A model generated the notes under the pieces. That model had not been told where the DNA came from. It did not search any database and was given only the letters and a program-made list of their open reading frames with translations. From the NCBI GenBank assembly GCA_963665095.1, contig OY762069.1, forward strand, positions 416,001-480,000: a stretch of 64,000 nt of DNA, in the 5' to 3' direction. Below, in pieces: positions 8,643 to 19,875 of this stretch. This DNA comes from an uncultured Desulfobacter sp. GTDB lineage: Bacteria; Desulfobacterota; Desulfobacteria; Desulfobacterales; Desulfobacteraceae. The translations under genes were made by a program, and so were the position numbers. Within the stretch, counting starts at the first letter, position 1; each line of letters starts with the position of its first letter.

Positions 8643-10547
8643 TTACAAAATATCGGCATCAAACATACGGATTGCCTGCTGGACCATGGGATGTCCTTCA
8701 GCTGATTTTTCCGCCTGCTGCCGGGTGTATTCCTGCTGGGCCGCGGTATCCGTATCTTCCTTGGTTTCTATTATATTAATATCTATGGGCTTTTTAAAAT
8801 AGGTGTTGCACAGGGCATCAAGTTCTTGGCTTTTGCTTTCAAGCCTGTGCCGTTCAAATCCTGAGCAGGATGTGGAGGAAAGCGTTACGGTCACATGGTC
8901 CGGACGGGTTGTGTCGGCCTGGCCCTTGGATAATAAACCGAAAATGACGGGCAGTTTCTGCTGGAGAGTTTCCATAAACCCGGGCCAGGACGGTTGCACT
9001 GACCGTTCTTCCACCCCGGCAGGCAGGACACCCGCTTCAGATTCTTCCGGATATACAGGGTCTTTACGGGATGAGGTATCATCGATATCAAGGTCCTGCA
9101 TCCGGCCTGGTTCCTGCTCATAAGAGGGGGTGGGCGGCATCTGACCAGTCTGATTCGTCTGACCAAGGCCTGCTTTGGTTGCTTCATGGGGCAGGGGCTG
9201 CGGTACCTGCGGTGCAGGGGGCACAGCCGGTGTACTGGTATGGGCCATGGCAGGTTCTGAATCAAAGGTGGGTGCCAGCGGTGGGGCCTGCATCTGCTGG
9301 CGGTTCTCAATGGACCGGGGGGCCGATGGCTCTCTTTGGTTTTGATTTCCTGACGCAGAAAGGGGTGTTGAACAGGCTTTGGCCTGGGCAAGGCCCTCCT
9401 CCATCTGCCGGGCCAGAAGATCCACCTTCGTGATAATCTCATCCAACCGGGTCTCAGGTTCAATCTGGATCATTTTAAGCAGCACCATTTCAACGGCTGT
9501 CTGGGTGTGTGAGGCAAAACGGACAATGTTTTCCTCTTTTAGCAGAAGATCCAGTAATACGCCCAGATAAGCCGGGGATAGTGATGTGCAAACATGTGCC
9601 AGTTCCTGTTTTTCACTTGCCGTCATATTCAGAACAGGCGTATCAGGACCGCACAGCGCAATGATATTCAGATTTCTGAAGTGGGCAATAATACCGGCGT
9701 AAAATTTTTTAAGATCCATGCCTGAATCATTGACCTGGCTGATCAGCTCAATGATGGCTGCGCCGTTTCTTGACAGAACAGCTGTGGCAATGGCGGAAAG
9801 CTGGCCCCGGTCTGTTACTCTGAGCCGCTGGGATACCATCTCCGTGCTGATCTCTTTTTCAGGGCCGGCAGAAAGAATTCGATCCAGAAGACTTAAAGCG
9901 TCCCTGATGGAGCCGTCTGCCTCCAGAGCAATCAGCTCCAGGCCCTCTTTTTCAACAATATACCCTTCAGCATCACATAATTTTTCCAGGTGGGCACAGA
10001 TTTTTTCCAGAAGGATCCGCGACAGGTCATGGCGCTGGCACCGGGAGAGAATCGTGGCAGGTATTTTATGGACTTCTGTGGTGGCAAAAATGAAAAGAAC
10101 ATGGTCCGGGGGTTCTTCCAGTGTTTTTAGCAGGGCATTGAAAGCAGCCACAGACAGCATGTGGACTTCGTCGATAATATATACCTTGTACCTGGCTGCC
10201 GCCGGCATGTAAGCCACGTTGTCCCTGAGTTCCCGGATCTGTTCCACGCTGTTGTTGGAGGCGCCGTCAATTTCAAAGACATCGGCGCAATGGCCGTTAA
10301 TAATGTCCGTGCAGATCCTGCAGGTGTTGCACGGGGTCGGGGTCGGGCCGTTTTCACATGTCATGGCCTTGGCCATGATTCGGGCAATGGTTGTCTTACC
10401 TGTGCCCCGCGGGCCTGCTAACAGCATGGCATGGGGAACCCGGTTCCCTGAAATGGCGTTGGTTAAGGTCGTGGTGACATGTTCCTGGCCCACAACCTGT
10501 GAAAATGCCTGGGGCCGGTATTTTAAAGCTAAAACCTGATAAGACAT
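8643..10547 (-). CDS. dnaX: DNA polymerase III subunit gamma/tau
   Basis: YRPQ, GPRGTGKTT, zinc module, IIDEVHML, SRC; long Pro/Gln-rich linker. Confidence 0.97.
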   Translation of the reverse strand: MSYQVLALKYRPQAFSQVVGQEHVTTTLTNAISGNRVPHAMLLAGPRGTGKTTIARIMAKAMTCENGPTPTPCNTCRICTDIINGHCADVFEIDGASNNSVEQIRELRDNVAYMPAAARYKVYIIDEVHMLSVAAFNALLKTLEEPPDHVLFIFATTEVHKIPATILSRCQRHDLSRILLEKICAHLEKLCDAEGYIVEKEGLELIALEADGSIRDALSLLDRILSAGPEKEISTEMVSQRLRVTDRGQLSAIATAVLSRNGAAIIELISQVNDSGMDLKKFYAGIIAHFRNLNIIALCGPDTPVLNMTASEKQELAHVCTSLSPAYLGVLLDLLLKEENIVRFASHTQTAVEMVLLKMIQIEPETRLDEIITKVDLLARQMEEGLAQAKACSTPLSASGNQNQREPSAPRSIENRQQMQAPPLAPTFDSEPAMAHTSTPAVPPAPQVPQPLPHEATKAGLGQTNQTGQMPPTPSYEQEPGRMQDLDIDDTSSRKDPVYPEESEAGVLPAGVEERSVQPSWPGFMETLQQKLPVIFGLLSKGQADTTRPDHVTVTLSSTSCSGFERHRLESKSQELDALCNTYFKKPIDINIIETKEDTDTAAQQEYTRQQAEKSAEGHPMVQQAIRMFDADIL

Positions 10548-10858
10548 GAATCATCCGAGATCGCTTAAGTTTTCTTTCTAAAAGTACAAGGCTTTATATC
10601 AGAGGGGGAATGCGGGGTCAATGTCGGTGGCCGGAATTTATTTTGCAAAAATGAGACACGGTGAAAAAAGCAGTGCCTATGTTTCCCCTTGTTATTTTTT
10701 CTGATTTTTTTAATAATCCAGGGTTTGAAATATCCGGTGTTTAACACTTAACAGGCCGCAAGTCTTGTGTTAATAAAACTCAAACAGGAGATGCATTGGC
10801 ATTCAGAATCTTTCAGCAGATAATAAAGCGGTTATTAATAATTATGAAGAGGCGTTCA

Positions 10859-11347
10859 ATGAAAATGGAGAAGCAGATATATACAAAGATAAGGTGGCGG
10901 GAGAACAGCCGGATTCAGGGTCAGGCCGGTTTTTCATTTATTGAGTTGATGGTGGTGGTCATTATCTTAGGTATACTTGCCGGTGCCATTGTGCCAAGGT
11001 ATATGGACAAGGCGGATAAAGCCAAAACTGTCAAGGCCCAGGTGGATATTGCGGCCATTGAGACAAGTCTTAAACTGTACAAACTGGACAATGGGTTTTA
11101 TCCCACCACAGAGCAGGGACTTGAAGCCCTGATCGAACAGCCCTCCACCGATCCTGTGCCTAAAAACTGGAATGAAAACGGGTATTTTGAGAAAAGAAAA
11201 ATGCCCAGAGATCCCTGGGGTAACGAGTACATGTACCTGTGCCCCGGTGTTCACGGCACCTATGACATCATCTCCTATGGCGCTGACGGCGAGTCCGGCG
11301 GGGAAGGTATCAATGCGGATGTTACCAACTGGGAAGATGAAGAATAG
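10859..11347 (+). CDS. gspG: Type II secretion major pseudopilin GspG
   Basis: [10 protein letters not shown] prepilin site; [23 protein letters not shown]. Exact start uncertain. Confidence 0.95.
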   Translation: MKMEKQIYTKIRWRENSRIQGQAGFSFIELMVVVIILGILAGAIVPRYMDKADKAKTVKAQVDIAAIETSLKLYKLDNGFYPTTEQGLEALIEQPSTDPVPKNWNENGYFEKRKMPRDPWGNEYMYLCPGVHGTYDIISYGADGESGGEGINADVTNWEDEE

Positions 11348-11843
11348 ACGGGCCGGATTCACATTTGTTGAACTGGTTGTTGTGGTGGGCATTTTTGCCG
11401 TTATTCTTTTGTTCTCCGTGCCCATGTTCCGGCAAATCTATCTGTCCCAGGGCTCATCCCGGAAGATGTCTCAGCTTGTTTCTCTGATAGAAACCTTAAA
11501 ACAGAAAGCGGTGATCCAGAATACAACCTACACGCTTCACATGGACACACATACGGGTAAGGCCTATATTACGGATGAGACCATGGATGAACAGGCGCTG
11601 CAGGCGGCTGAACAAAACAGTGTCTATTTTAACGATGGTCTTGAACTCAGAAATCTTGAGTTCCCTGAAAATGATAACCGGGACAGTGATGACCACACCA
11701 TCCGGTTTTTCAGCAAAGGTTTTTCAGACAGAGCCCTGATTCATGTCCGGGAGGATGATCAGGAGATTACCATTAAAATTTCCATGTTTCAAAAAAAGGT
11801 CCGGTTATTCGACAAATATGTCTCCTATGATGACTGCATCTGA
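11337..11843 (+). CDS. gspH: Minor pseudopilin GspH-like
   Basis: [16 protein letters not shown]; start reassigned to ATG at 11337, overlapping the gspG end. Confidence 0.8.
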   Translation: MKNRRAGFTFVELVVVVGIFAVILLFSVPMFRQIYLSQGSSRKMSQLVSLIETLKQKAVIQNTTYTLHMDTHTGKAYITDETMDEQALQAAEQNSVYFNDGLELRNLEFPENDNRDSDDHTIRFFSKGFSDRALIHVREDDQEITIKISMFQKKVRLFDKYVSYDDCI

Positions 11844-12261
11844 TTATGGCAAAGGGGGGGAGCCGTATTGCTTCAGCAGGGCAGGGTTCACCCTGATTGA
11901 GGTGATGGTGGCCATGGCCATTATCGCTACGGTCATGGTCTCTTTGTTTAGAATGCAGTCCGGAACCATCAGCCTTGCCGGTGCGGATGAGTTTCAGACC
12001 GCCGCCAGATTTCTGGCAGCCAGGGCACTGACATCCATTGAATTATCCATTGATGATCCCCCTGATAAAGGTGAGTTTGAAGGAGCTTTCAAGGGATATG
12101 AGTGGTCCTGTGAGATCGTTGATGTAAGCTTTCAGCCGTCGGACATTATGCCCGACAGTGACAAGGCAGGTGAGTTTAAAAAGATTGAACTGACCATAAC
12201 AAGAACACTGGGAAACCGTTCCTACCATGTTGAAACATACCGGTATGCCCCGGGCGAGTAA
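11830..12261 (+). CDS. gspI: Minor pseudopilin GspI-like
   Basis: AG|FTLIEVMVAMAII; position in operon. Confidence 0.8.
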   Translation: MTASDYGKGGEPYCFSRAGFTLIEVMVAMAIIATVMVSLFRMQSGTISLAGADEFQTAARFLAARALTSIELSIDDPPDKGEFEGAFKGYEWSCEIVDVSFQPSDIMPDSDKAGEFKKIELTITRTLGNRSYHVETYRYAPGE

Positions 12262-12937
12262 ATGGCAGAACCAAAGCGGGTTCACACTGGTGGAACTGAT
12301 GGTGACCATTGTTATTTTTTCATTTGTCATGGTGATGCTGTTTTCATCATTCAACGCATTTCTCTCCACAGGACAGTCAATTGCCGGCGGCATTGACTAT
12401 AACCAGCGGGCAAGGGATGCTTTAAACAGAATGTGTGAGGATCTTGACACCATATATACAGCTTCTTTCCGGGAGCTCAGTGTCCAGGACGACCTTTCAG
12501 ATGATTTAAATCCTTTCCAGATGTCCGGGACCGAGGATTCTGTGGGAGGGAAACAGTTTGCAAGCGTGGTGTTTACCACACTGGCCGGACTGGAGACCGG
12601 CCGCAGCAAACCTGCCGGAGTGGTCCGGGTAACCTACTATGTCAGACAAAACAGCCGCAACGGGTTTGATTTGTGCCGGGCTGAACGCTTCATTGGCAGT
12701 GACCGGGAAAAAGATCCCTGTACAGACCCGGTCCTTGCAGAGGATATCACGGGATTCTCCCTTGGTTTTGTTGGTGCCGATCTGACGGAAACTGAGCAGT
12801 GGGGTGCCGATGACACTGATAAAAATCTGTCCGCACCTGCGGCTGTCAACATCAGACTGACATTGAACAGCGGTGGAAAGGAAAAAACATTTGAAACATC
12901 TGTCTGTTTACCGGTAAAAGGAGAAGCTGGTGAATAG
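12227..12937 (+). CDS. gspJ: Minor pseudopilin GspJ-like
   Basis: SG|FTLVELMVTI; position in operon. Confidence 0.8.
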   Translation: MLKHTGMPRASKWQNQSGFTLVELMVTIVIFSFVMVMLFSSFNAFLSTGQSIAGGIDYNQRARDALNRMCEDLDTIYTASFRELSVQDDLSDDLNPFQMSGTEDSVGGKQFASVVFTTLAGLETGRSKPAGVVRVTYYVRQNSRNGFDLCRAERFIGSDREKDPCTDPVLAEDITGFSLGFVGADLTETEQWGADDTDKNLSAPAAVNIRLTLNSGGKEKTFETSVCLPVKGEAGE

Positions 12938-14051
12938 AATTTTACAAGATCAAAGGGGGGTGGCGCTTATTGCCACTTTGGCTGTGGTGGCCATCCTCTG
13001 CGTTGTGGCGCTGGAAGCCGGCCGCCTGGTGGGCTCAGCCGCCCTGCAGACATCCGTGGAAAACGATTGTTTTTCAGCTGAGCAGATGGCCTTGTCCGGC
13101 ATCCACCTGGCCCGGATGATCCTGGCAAAGGACGGGGCTGGCAATGAAATTGATTCCATTCAGGAACCCTGGGCCGATCCCGTACAGGTGGCCCAGGCTG
13201 TGGCTGAAGCCGGCATGGACCCGGCTCATGTCTCTTTGATAATTACCGATGAAATGGGCAAGCTAAAGTTAAATGCATTGCTCACACAGTTTCCCGGTAA
13301 TGAAGCAAATGCAGACCAGCAGGTGGTGCTGGAGCGGTTTCTGACCCTGGCTGCCCCTGAGGATAAACCCGAAGACGCGGGCAGTGCGGTTGAAATTGTC
13401 AATGCGCTGAAAGACTGGATGGACTCAAAGGATGATGATGCCGTTACCGGACTGACCGGTGCGGAGTCAAGCTACTATGAAGCCCTTGACCCCGGCTATC
13501 CGTGTACCAATGGTCCTTTACGGCATATCAACGAAATTTTTTACGTTAAGGGTGTGGTTGACGGTTTTATGTCCCAGGATTTTCTCAGCCAGGGACTGGA
13601 AAGCCTGACTGCGTCACGCACACTTGGCGCCGGGGATTTTTTTACGGTGTATGGCCTTGCCGACAAGGATGACAGTGAAGAAAAACGGTATGCATTTTCC
13701 GGAAAGGTCAATATCAACACTGCACCTGTGGCTGTGCTGGCAGCGCTTCTGCCAGAAGGCCGGGACGGGAATGCCCAGGATCTTGCCGATTACCGGTCAG
13801 ACAAAGCCAGTCTCGGCCAGGAATATTCCCATGTGCTTGACGCAGGATGGTTTGAACAGGTCGTTTCCCTGGATGATGATGAAAAAAAGGCATTTGAAGA
13901 GGTGATTACATATTCAAGTTCAACTTTCCGGGTGGCGTGTACCGCTGATAAAAACGGCAGGCAGGTGACCCTGTCCGCTGTTGTCAAAAGAGAAAAAAAG
14001 GACCTGACAGGCAGCTGGTCCTGCCGGATTGTTCAAATGGAAAGGGGCTGA
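12930..14051 (+). CDS. gspK: Minor pseudopilin GspK
   Basis: RG|VALIATL, DEMGKLKLN, DWMDSKDD, KVNINTAP. Confidence 0.9.
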   Translation: MNRILQDQRGVALIATLAVVAILCVVALEAGRLVGSAALQTSVENDCFSAEQMALSGIHLARMILAKDGAGNEIDSIQEPWADPVQVAQAVAEAGMDPAHVSLIITDEMGKLKLNALLTQFPGNEANADQQVVLERFLTLAAPEDKPEDAGSAVEIVNALKDWMDSKDDDAVTGLTGAESSYYEALDPGYPCTNGPLRHINEIFYVKGVVDGFMSQDFLSQGLESLTASRTLGAGDFFTVYGLADKDDSEEKRYAFSGKVNINTAPVAVLAALLPEGRDGNAQDLADYRSDKASLGQEYSHVLDAGWFEQVVSLDDDEKKAFEEVITYSSSTFRVACTADKNGRQVTLSAVVKREKKDLTGSWSCRIVQMERG

Positions 14052-14054
14052 AAC

Positions 14055-15512
14055 ATGGCAGAGACCTTTTTGATTATCCGGGAAGACCGCTTTGGCATTG
14101 ACGCTGTCCTCAGTGGAAAAAATGGCAAACGCCGGGAAGTTCAGGCGCTGTTGCGCATGAATTATTTTGATTTTACAGACATTGCCGAAGATCGAACCCC
14201 TTTTGATGCAGCGCTTGAACAACTGGTTCAACAACTGGATGTCCACAGCTGTGCAGGTGTCATACTCATGCTGCCGGCATCCCTGTTTTATTTCCGAAAC
14301 ACGGCTCTGCCGTTTACTGCAAGTGCCAAAATCCGGCAGGTGCTTCCCCTGGAGCTCAATACCCGGTTCCCGGTGGAACTGGAATCCGTGGTAACGGATT
14401 TCCTGAAGTATGAGCAGGGAAACCATCCTCAACAGCGCTGGGTATTTTCAGGGTCCATCAAGGAAGAGACCCTTGATGCCTACTATCAAAGCCTTGTTCG
14501 GATAGGTCTCAGGCCCGCCGTTATCACGCCGGTTTCTGCAGGCATGGCCGCCTGCCTTCTGAAACAGGATAAAACTAGGAAACATTTTATTTTTTTTGAT
14601 GCAACATTAAGTGATATGTCACTGGTTCTGGTGGTCAATGCCGATCTTGTGGCTGTTCGAACGTTTTCAACCGGTATCTCTTTTACCATGGTTGGCCAGG
14701 CATTGAAGCAGGAGCTGCTGGGCTTCTGGCAGCGTACGGGAGTCCAGACACCGTTTGATATGTATGTGGCAGAAAAATTAGGGGAAGAGGATCAAAAGGA
14801 GCTGGCGGAAGTTTTTAAGGAGGTACTCTCGTTTCAAAAAAGCTTTCTGGCCCGGGAACTTTCCCCTGAGAATCACGCAGCGGCAGAACCGGCTCTCTCA
14901 TTTGTGGGGCCTGACGGGCTTCTGGAAATAATGACCCCTGGCCTTGGCAAGCTGCTGAATATGTGCCAGGGCAAATATGCCTCGGATTCCCTTGTCCGCA
15001 CCTATGCCTCATATATTGCGGCAAGCTGTGCTCTGGGGCTCCTTGCTTTTATCCTGTTCATGGTCAATATTCATCTGGATATTTCACGCCTGGAAAAACA
15101 GGTCTCTCAGAAGGAGGCGGCCATTGCCGCTGTATTCTCCCAGACCTTTCCGGAAAAGAAGACCGGAAGGATGGATCCCCTGCTGCTCATGGAAGCCAGC
15201 GTCAGGGAGGCGACCCGTAACCAGGGCGGTGGGAGCGACGACCTGTCAAATGCCCAGGGCAGTGTCCAGGCCGGTGCGGTTCTTCTTGAATTGTCAAACC
15301 GGATTCCCAAAGCCCTAAATATTGAGGTGGACCGGCTGATGCTGGATAAAACACGCATGATCCTGTCCGGCTCCGCAGGTAATTTTAATGCCATTGATCA
15401 GGTAAAAGGCCTGCTTGAGAAATCACCGCTTTTCAGAAAGGTGGAGATTGGAAGTGCTGTTGCCGGTAAAAAAGGTAACCGGGTGGATTTTAAATTTGTT
15501 ATTGAGATCTGA
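14055..15512 (+). CDS. gspL: T2SS assembly-platform protein GspL
   Basis: Actin-like N-terminal domain (LPFTASAKIRQVLPLEL), one TM helix, periplasmic domain; lies between gspK and gspM. Confidence 0.8.
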   Translation: MAETFLIIREDRFGIDAVLSGKNGKRREVQALLRMNYFDFTDIAEDRTPFDAALEQLVQQLDVHSCAGVILMLPASLFYFRNTALPFTASAKIRQVLPLELNTRFPVELESVVTDFLKYEQGNHPQQRWVFSGSIKEETLDAYYQSLVRIGLRPAVITPVSAGMAACLLKQDKTRKHFIFFDATLSDMSLVLVVNADLVAVRTFSTGISFTMVGQALKQELLGFWQRTGVQTPFDMYVAEKLGEEDQKELAEVFKEVLSFQKSFLARELSPENHAAAEPALSFVGPDGLLEIMTPGLGKLLNMCQGKYASDSLVRTYASYIAASCALGLLAFILFMVNIHLDISRLEKQVSQKEAAIAAVFSQTFPEKKTGRMDPLLLMEASVREATRNQGGGSDDLSNAQGSVQAGAVLLELSNRIPKALNIEVDRLMLDKTRMILSGSAGNFNAIDQVKGLLEKSPLFRKVEIGSAVAGKKGNRVDFKFVIEI

Positions 15513-15514
15513 TT

Positions 15515-16063
15515 ATGTTTGAACTGTCGAAACGGGATAAAAAATTTGTGGCAGCCGGCACCGTTTTTCTTGTATTGTTCAGTCTTGTGTGGTTTGTCTA
15601 CCTGCCGGCTGCGGACAGGCGGGCAGCCCTGGGTAAAAAAATTGTGTCAAAATCCAGGGATTTGGAACGGATGCAGGACCTTGCGCAGACCTATCAGCAG
15701 TATGCAATAGATTTTAATCTGGAAAAGGTTGCCCTTCAACGCAGAGGCCCCAAGTTCAGCCTGTTCTCCTTTCTGGATTCCCTGTCAGCCAGAAGCCGGG
15801 TGAAAAAAAATGTGGCGTACATGAAGCCCTTTACCCAGGAACTTGACAATAGTGCATATATGCTTTCCCGGGTAACGGTCAAGCTTCAGCAGGTGCATTT
15901 AAGAGGACTGGTTGATTTTCTTTTCCAGATTGAGCATTCTCCCAATGGTGTGGCTGTCACCTCTTTGTCTGTGACAAAATCAGGTGACAAGGGGCAGTTT
16001 CTTGATGCTGTGATCGAAACCCAGACCCTGGCATTAAAGGCAGGGGCGGAAAGTGGGCGCTGA
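15515..16063 (+). CDS. gspM: T2SS protein GspM
   Basis: LSKRDK + TM helix + coiled coil + LVDFLFQIE. Confidence 0.8.
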   Translation: MFELSKRDKKFVAAGTVFLVLFSLVWFVYLPAADRRAALGKKIVSKSRDLERMQDLAQTYQQYAIDFNLEKVALQRRGPKFSLFSFLDSLSARSRVKKNVAYMKPFTQELDNSAYMLSRVTVKLQQVHLRGLVDFLFQIEHSPNGVAVTSLSVTKSGDKGQFLDAVIETQTLALKAGAESGR

Positions 16064-16188
16064 TGCCGGCAGCACCGCCGGAAAGATGTCATTAGGTATG
16101 TTGTATGATCGGGAAAACCGGCTATAGAGTTAGGAAGAATCCTGCAAATAAGCAGATTCTTTTTCAGATAAATGTAAGGAGATAATAC

Positions 16189-18156
16189 ATGTTGCTGGAA
16201 TGTGGTAAATCTTCAGCGCTGATACGTGTTTGCATGAGCCTTGGGATGGTGCTTATGATTTTGATTCTGTCCGGGCTTTTACCCCAGGTTAATGCGCAGG
16301 ACAGTAAATCGTCTGAATACGTGTCCATGGACTTCAATGATGTGGACATCGGGGTGTTTATCAAGTTTATCAGCAAGCTGACCCAGAGAAATTTCGTGGT
16401 GGACACCAAGGTCAAAGGAAAGGTTACCATTATCTCTCCTGAAAAAATATCTGTGGATGAAGCCTATAAAGTATTTGAATCGGTTCTGGATATCTACGGG
16501 TTTGCCACGGTGGAAATGGGCAGCGTCACCAAGGTCGTACCGGTGGTGAATGCCCGGGGTGATAATGTGGATACCCGCATGGTAAAACAATATGAAAGTG
16601 CGTCAGATAAGCTGGTCACCCGGATTATTCCATTGAAATATGCCAGTTCTGATGAGCTGAAATCCCTCTTAACGCCCATGCTGTCAAAGGGAAATATATT
16701 GCTCTCCCATTCGGACAGCAATATGCTTATTGTCACATCAACGCTGGCCAGTATTGAGCGTCTGATGAAAATTATCAATACCATTGACGTGGAAGGGGTG
16801 GGCCGCAAAATCACCATACTGCCCATCAAGTATGCTGATGCCGAGAAAATGGTGACCAACATGACCAAAATCTATTCGGCAAAGACAAAAAGAACCACGA
16901 GGAAGAAAAAAAGCAGCAATGAACAGTCTGCAGAGATGGTGGCAGATGAGCGGACCAACTCCATTATCCTTTTAGCCACTGAACAGGAGAGTGCCCAGAT
17001 CACAGAGCTTGTGGAGGCCTTGGACAAAGAGGTACCCAAAGGTGAAGAAAAGATCCGGGTCTATTATCTGGAACATGCCACAGCTGAGGATCTGGCCTCT
17101 GTTCTTCAGGAGATTCCGCAAAAAGGAAGTGACGCCAAAAAAGAGGGCCAGAAAAAAGCGCCTCTACTCTCCGACGACATAAAAATTACCGCTGACAAGG
17201 CTACGAATTCTTTGATTATTATTGCGGACAAGGATGATTATCCTGTTCTGGAAGAGGTAATTAAAAAACTGGATGTGCCTAGGGCCATGGTGTTTATCGA
17301 ATGCCTGCTCATGGAGGTAAATGCGGACCGGTCTCTGGATCTTGGCATGGAGTGGCAGGCGGCCGGTGGCGTGGATGGCGATTCAAAGGCAATTTTCAGC
17401 GGGTTCGGTTCCACAGCCTCTAATTCTGGGGGCCTGGCATCCGTAAACTCCGGGGTCATGCCCAGTGGGTTTTCCCTGGGGATTCTAGGAAAAACCCTGG
17501 AAATAGGCGGCGTCACCTTTCCGTCTTTTCAGGCCATTATTCAGGCATATAAAGAAGATTCCGATGTGAAAATCTTATCCACGCCCCAGCTGTTAACCAC
17601 TGAAAACGAGGAAGCCACAATTACCATTGGTAAAAATGTCCCCTACCAGACCAAGTCCACAACATCATCCTCATCGGAAACATACAGCTCCTATGAGTAT
17701 AAGGATGTTGGCATTACCCTGAAAATCACCCCGTCCATCAGCCAGGACCGGCTGGTGAGACTGGCGTTTTACGAGGAGATCACCAAGCTGGATTCCGCCA
17801 ATACATCCTCAGCTGACCGGCCCACCACGCTGAAGCGGGAGCTGGAAACAACCATTATTGTTGAGGATGCCAATACGGTTGTCATTGGCGGGCTCATTGA
17901 CGAAAGTTTAAGCAAAGAGGTGAGCAAAGTGCCGTGTCTTGGTGACTTACCTGTCATTGGACATGCCTTCAGAAGTGATTCTTCCGGTAAAGAGAGAACC
18001 AATCTGTTTATTTTTCTGACCCCCCGGGTGGTAAAAAACCCACTGGAAGCACAAAAGATTTACCAGGAAAAGAAGGATGTCATTGACGAACTTGGCAAAA
18101 AAGAGATCAAGCTGTATGACGAACAGTCCGCTGTAAAGAGCATTATGCTTGACTGA
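16189..18156 (+). CDS. gspD: T2SS secretin GspD
   Basis: N0-N3 repeats (ADERTNSII, ADKATNSLII); secretin core STPQLLT, KDVGITLKITP, KVPCLGDLPVIG. Confidence 0.96.
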   Translation: MLLECGKSSALIRVCMSLGMVLMILILSGLLPQVNAQDSKSSEYVSMDFNDVDIGVFIKFISKLTQRNFVVDTKVKGKVTIISPEKISVDEAYKVFESVLDIYGFATVEMGSVTKVVPVVNARGDNVDTRMVKQYESASDKLVTRIIPLKYASSDELKSLLTPMLSKGNILLSHSDSNMLIVTSTLASIERLMKIINTIDVEGVGRKITILPIKYADAEKMVTNMTKIYSAKTKRTTRKKKSSNEQSAEMVADERTNSIILLATEQESAQITELVEALDKEVPKGEEKIRVYYLEHATAEDLASVLQEIPQKGSDAKKEGQKKAPLLSDDIKITADKATNSLIIIADKDDYPVLEEVIKKLDVPRAMVFIECLLMEVNADRSLDLGMEWQAAGGVDGDSKAIFSGFGSTASNSGGLASVNSGVMPSGFSLGILGKTLEIGGVTFPSFQAIIQAYKEDSDVKILSTPQLLTTENEEATITIGKNVPYQTKSTTSSSSETYSSYEYKDVGITLKITPSISQDRLVRLAFYEEITKLDSANTSSADRPTTLKRELETTIIVEDANTVVIGGLIDESLSKEVSKVPCLGDLPVIGHAFRSDSSGKERTNLFIFLTPRVVKNPLEAQKIYQEKKDVIDELGKKEIKLYDEQSAVKSIMLD

Positions 18157-18174
18157 TATGGGTGCTATGCTTTT

Positions 18175-19875
18175 ATGGATGCCATGATTGAACGTTTTAT
18201 TGAGAGCTTAAGTCAAAATTCCCGTTTAAGCGGGGAACATAGAGAGAAGATCCGTGCCACCTGTGAAAAGGATCCGGCCCGGCTCAAGGATCTTGCCTGC
18301 GAGACAAAACTTGTGACGGAATCCCAGGTTTTAACGGCACTGGGTACCATATATGAAATTCCTTTTATGGCGGATATTGCCTTTTTAAATCCGGATGTTG
18401 CGGTTGCTAAAGACCTTTCCAGAAAGTTTTTGAAAAAAAATCTCATCGTGCCCCTGCTGCCGAAAAATAAAAACGCGGTCATCGCTCTCAACGATCCATC
18501 AGACTTAAGCTGTGTGGATGAGGTGGCAATGCATGCCGGTTTCAAGGCGTTTTCCCTGGCGCTGGCAACCCGGGATCAGATTCTGACCGTCATTAATATG
18601 GTCTTTGATCAGGACACGGATAATGTGCAAAAGCTGGTGGATGACATGGAGGATGATGAGTCCCTGATCATTGAAGATATCGAACAGACTGCCGATCTTC
18701 TGGATGACACCAGTGACGCTCCGGTCATCCGCCTGGTGAACCAGATGATTTCTCAGTCCGTCAAGGCAGGAGCCAGTGACATTCACATTGAACCGTTTCA
18801 GGATGAACTGGTGGTGCGGTACCGCATCGACGGTATTCTCTATCCCCTGATGACGCCGCCCAAAGCCTTCCAGTCCAGCCTGATTTCCAGGGTCAAGGTG
18901 ATGGCCAAGATGAACATTGCGGAAAAGCGCCTGCCCCAGGATGGCAGGGCTCAGGTCCGGATTGGCAATCAGGAGATAGACCTGCGTATCTCAACTGTGC
19001 CCACCAATTTTGGCGAACGGCTGGTGATTCGTCTGTTAAATAAATCCGGATATTTCATGAAAATTTCCGAGTTTGGTCTCTCTTTGGAGAATGCGCAGCA
19101 TCTCAATGACATTTTCCATCAGAACCACGGTATTGTACTGGTAACCGGCCCCACGGGAAGCGGAAAAACCACAACGCTTTATGCCGGATTGTCGGAAATC
19201 AACACCCCGGACCGTTCCATCATTACCGTGGAAGATCCTGTGGAGTATAACCTGAAGGGGGTGGGCCAGATTCAGGTTAACCAGAAAACCGGCCTTACAT
19301 TTGCCCGGGGGCTGCGCTCCATTGTCCGCCAGGACCCGGATGTCATTCTCATTGGTGAGATCCGTGATATCGAAACCGCTGAGATCGCTATCCAGTCCGC
19401 CCTTACCGGACATCTGGTCTTTTCCACCCTTCATACCAATGATGCCCCCGGGGCTGTCACGCGGCTGGTGGATTTAGGGGTGGAACCTTATCTGATTACC
19501 TCCTCGGTAAATCATGTGATTGCCCAGCGCCTTGTCCGGATACTCTGCCGTCATTGCCGGGAGGAATTTACCTTGTCCGAAGGCGATCTGAGTGCCTTTG
19601 ACAGCACCAACGGTCTTAGACCGGGTCAGAAAGTATTTAAACCCAGGGGCTGCTCCCGGTGTTTTAATACCGGCTACTCAGGCCGACAGGCTATTATGGA
19701 GATTCTGCCGCTGGATGAGGCGTTGAAGACCCTTATCCTGGAAACTTCCGATGCCAACCGGATCAAGGACCTTGCTGTACACAAAGGCATGAAAACCCTG
19801 CGTGCAGATGGCTTAAACAAGGTGGCGAAAGGGATCACATCTCTTCGGGAAGTGTTGCGCGTCACCCAGGATTAG
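18175..19875 (+). CDS. gspE: T2SS ATPase GspE
   Basis: ASDIHIEP, GPTGSGKTT, EDPVE, RQDPD, GEIRD, zinc CxxC motifs. Confidence 0.96.
   Translation: MDAMIERFIESLSQNSRLSGEHREKIRATCEKDPARLKDLACETKLVTESQVLTALGTIYEIPFMADIAFLNPDVAVAKDLSRKFLKKNLIVPLLPKNKNAVIALNDPSDLSCVDEVAMHAGFKAFSLALATRDQILTVINMVFDQDTDNVQKLVDDMEDDESLIIEDIEQTADLLDDTSDAPVIRLVNQMISQSVKAGASDIHIEPFQDELVVRYRIDGILYPLMTPPKAFQSSLISRVKVMAKMNIAEKRLPQDGRAQVRIGNQEIDLRISTVPTNFGERLVIRLLNKSGYFMKISEFGLSLENAQHLNDIFHQNHGIVLVTGPTGSGKTTTLYAGLSEINTPDRSIITVEDPVEYNLKGVGQIQVNQKTGLTFARGLRSIVRQDPDVILIGEIRDIETAEIAIQSALTGHLVFSTLHTNDAPGAVTRLVDLGVEPYLITSSVNHVIAQRLVRILCRHCREEFTLSEGDLSAFDSTNGLRPGQKVFKPRGCSRCFNTGYSGRQAIMEILPLDEALKTLILETSDANRIKDLAVHKGMKTLRADGLNKVAKGITSLREVLRVTQD

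Noticed and set aside
8643..10547. Programmed frameshift in dnaX
   Set aside because: No convincing A AAA AAG site with a downstream hairpin was spotted by eye.
10548..10800. SRP RNA (ffs), often found upstream of dnaX
   Set aside because: No TCAGG...GGAA...AGCAG domain IV motif seen on the minus strand.
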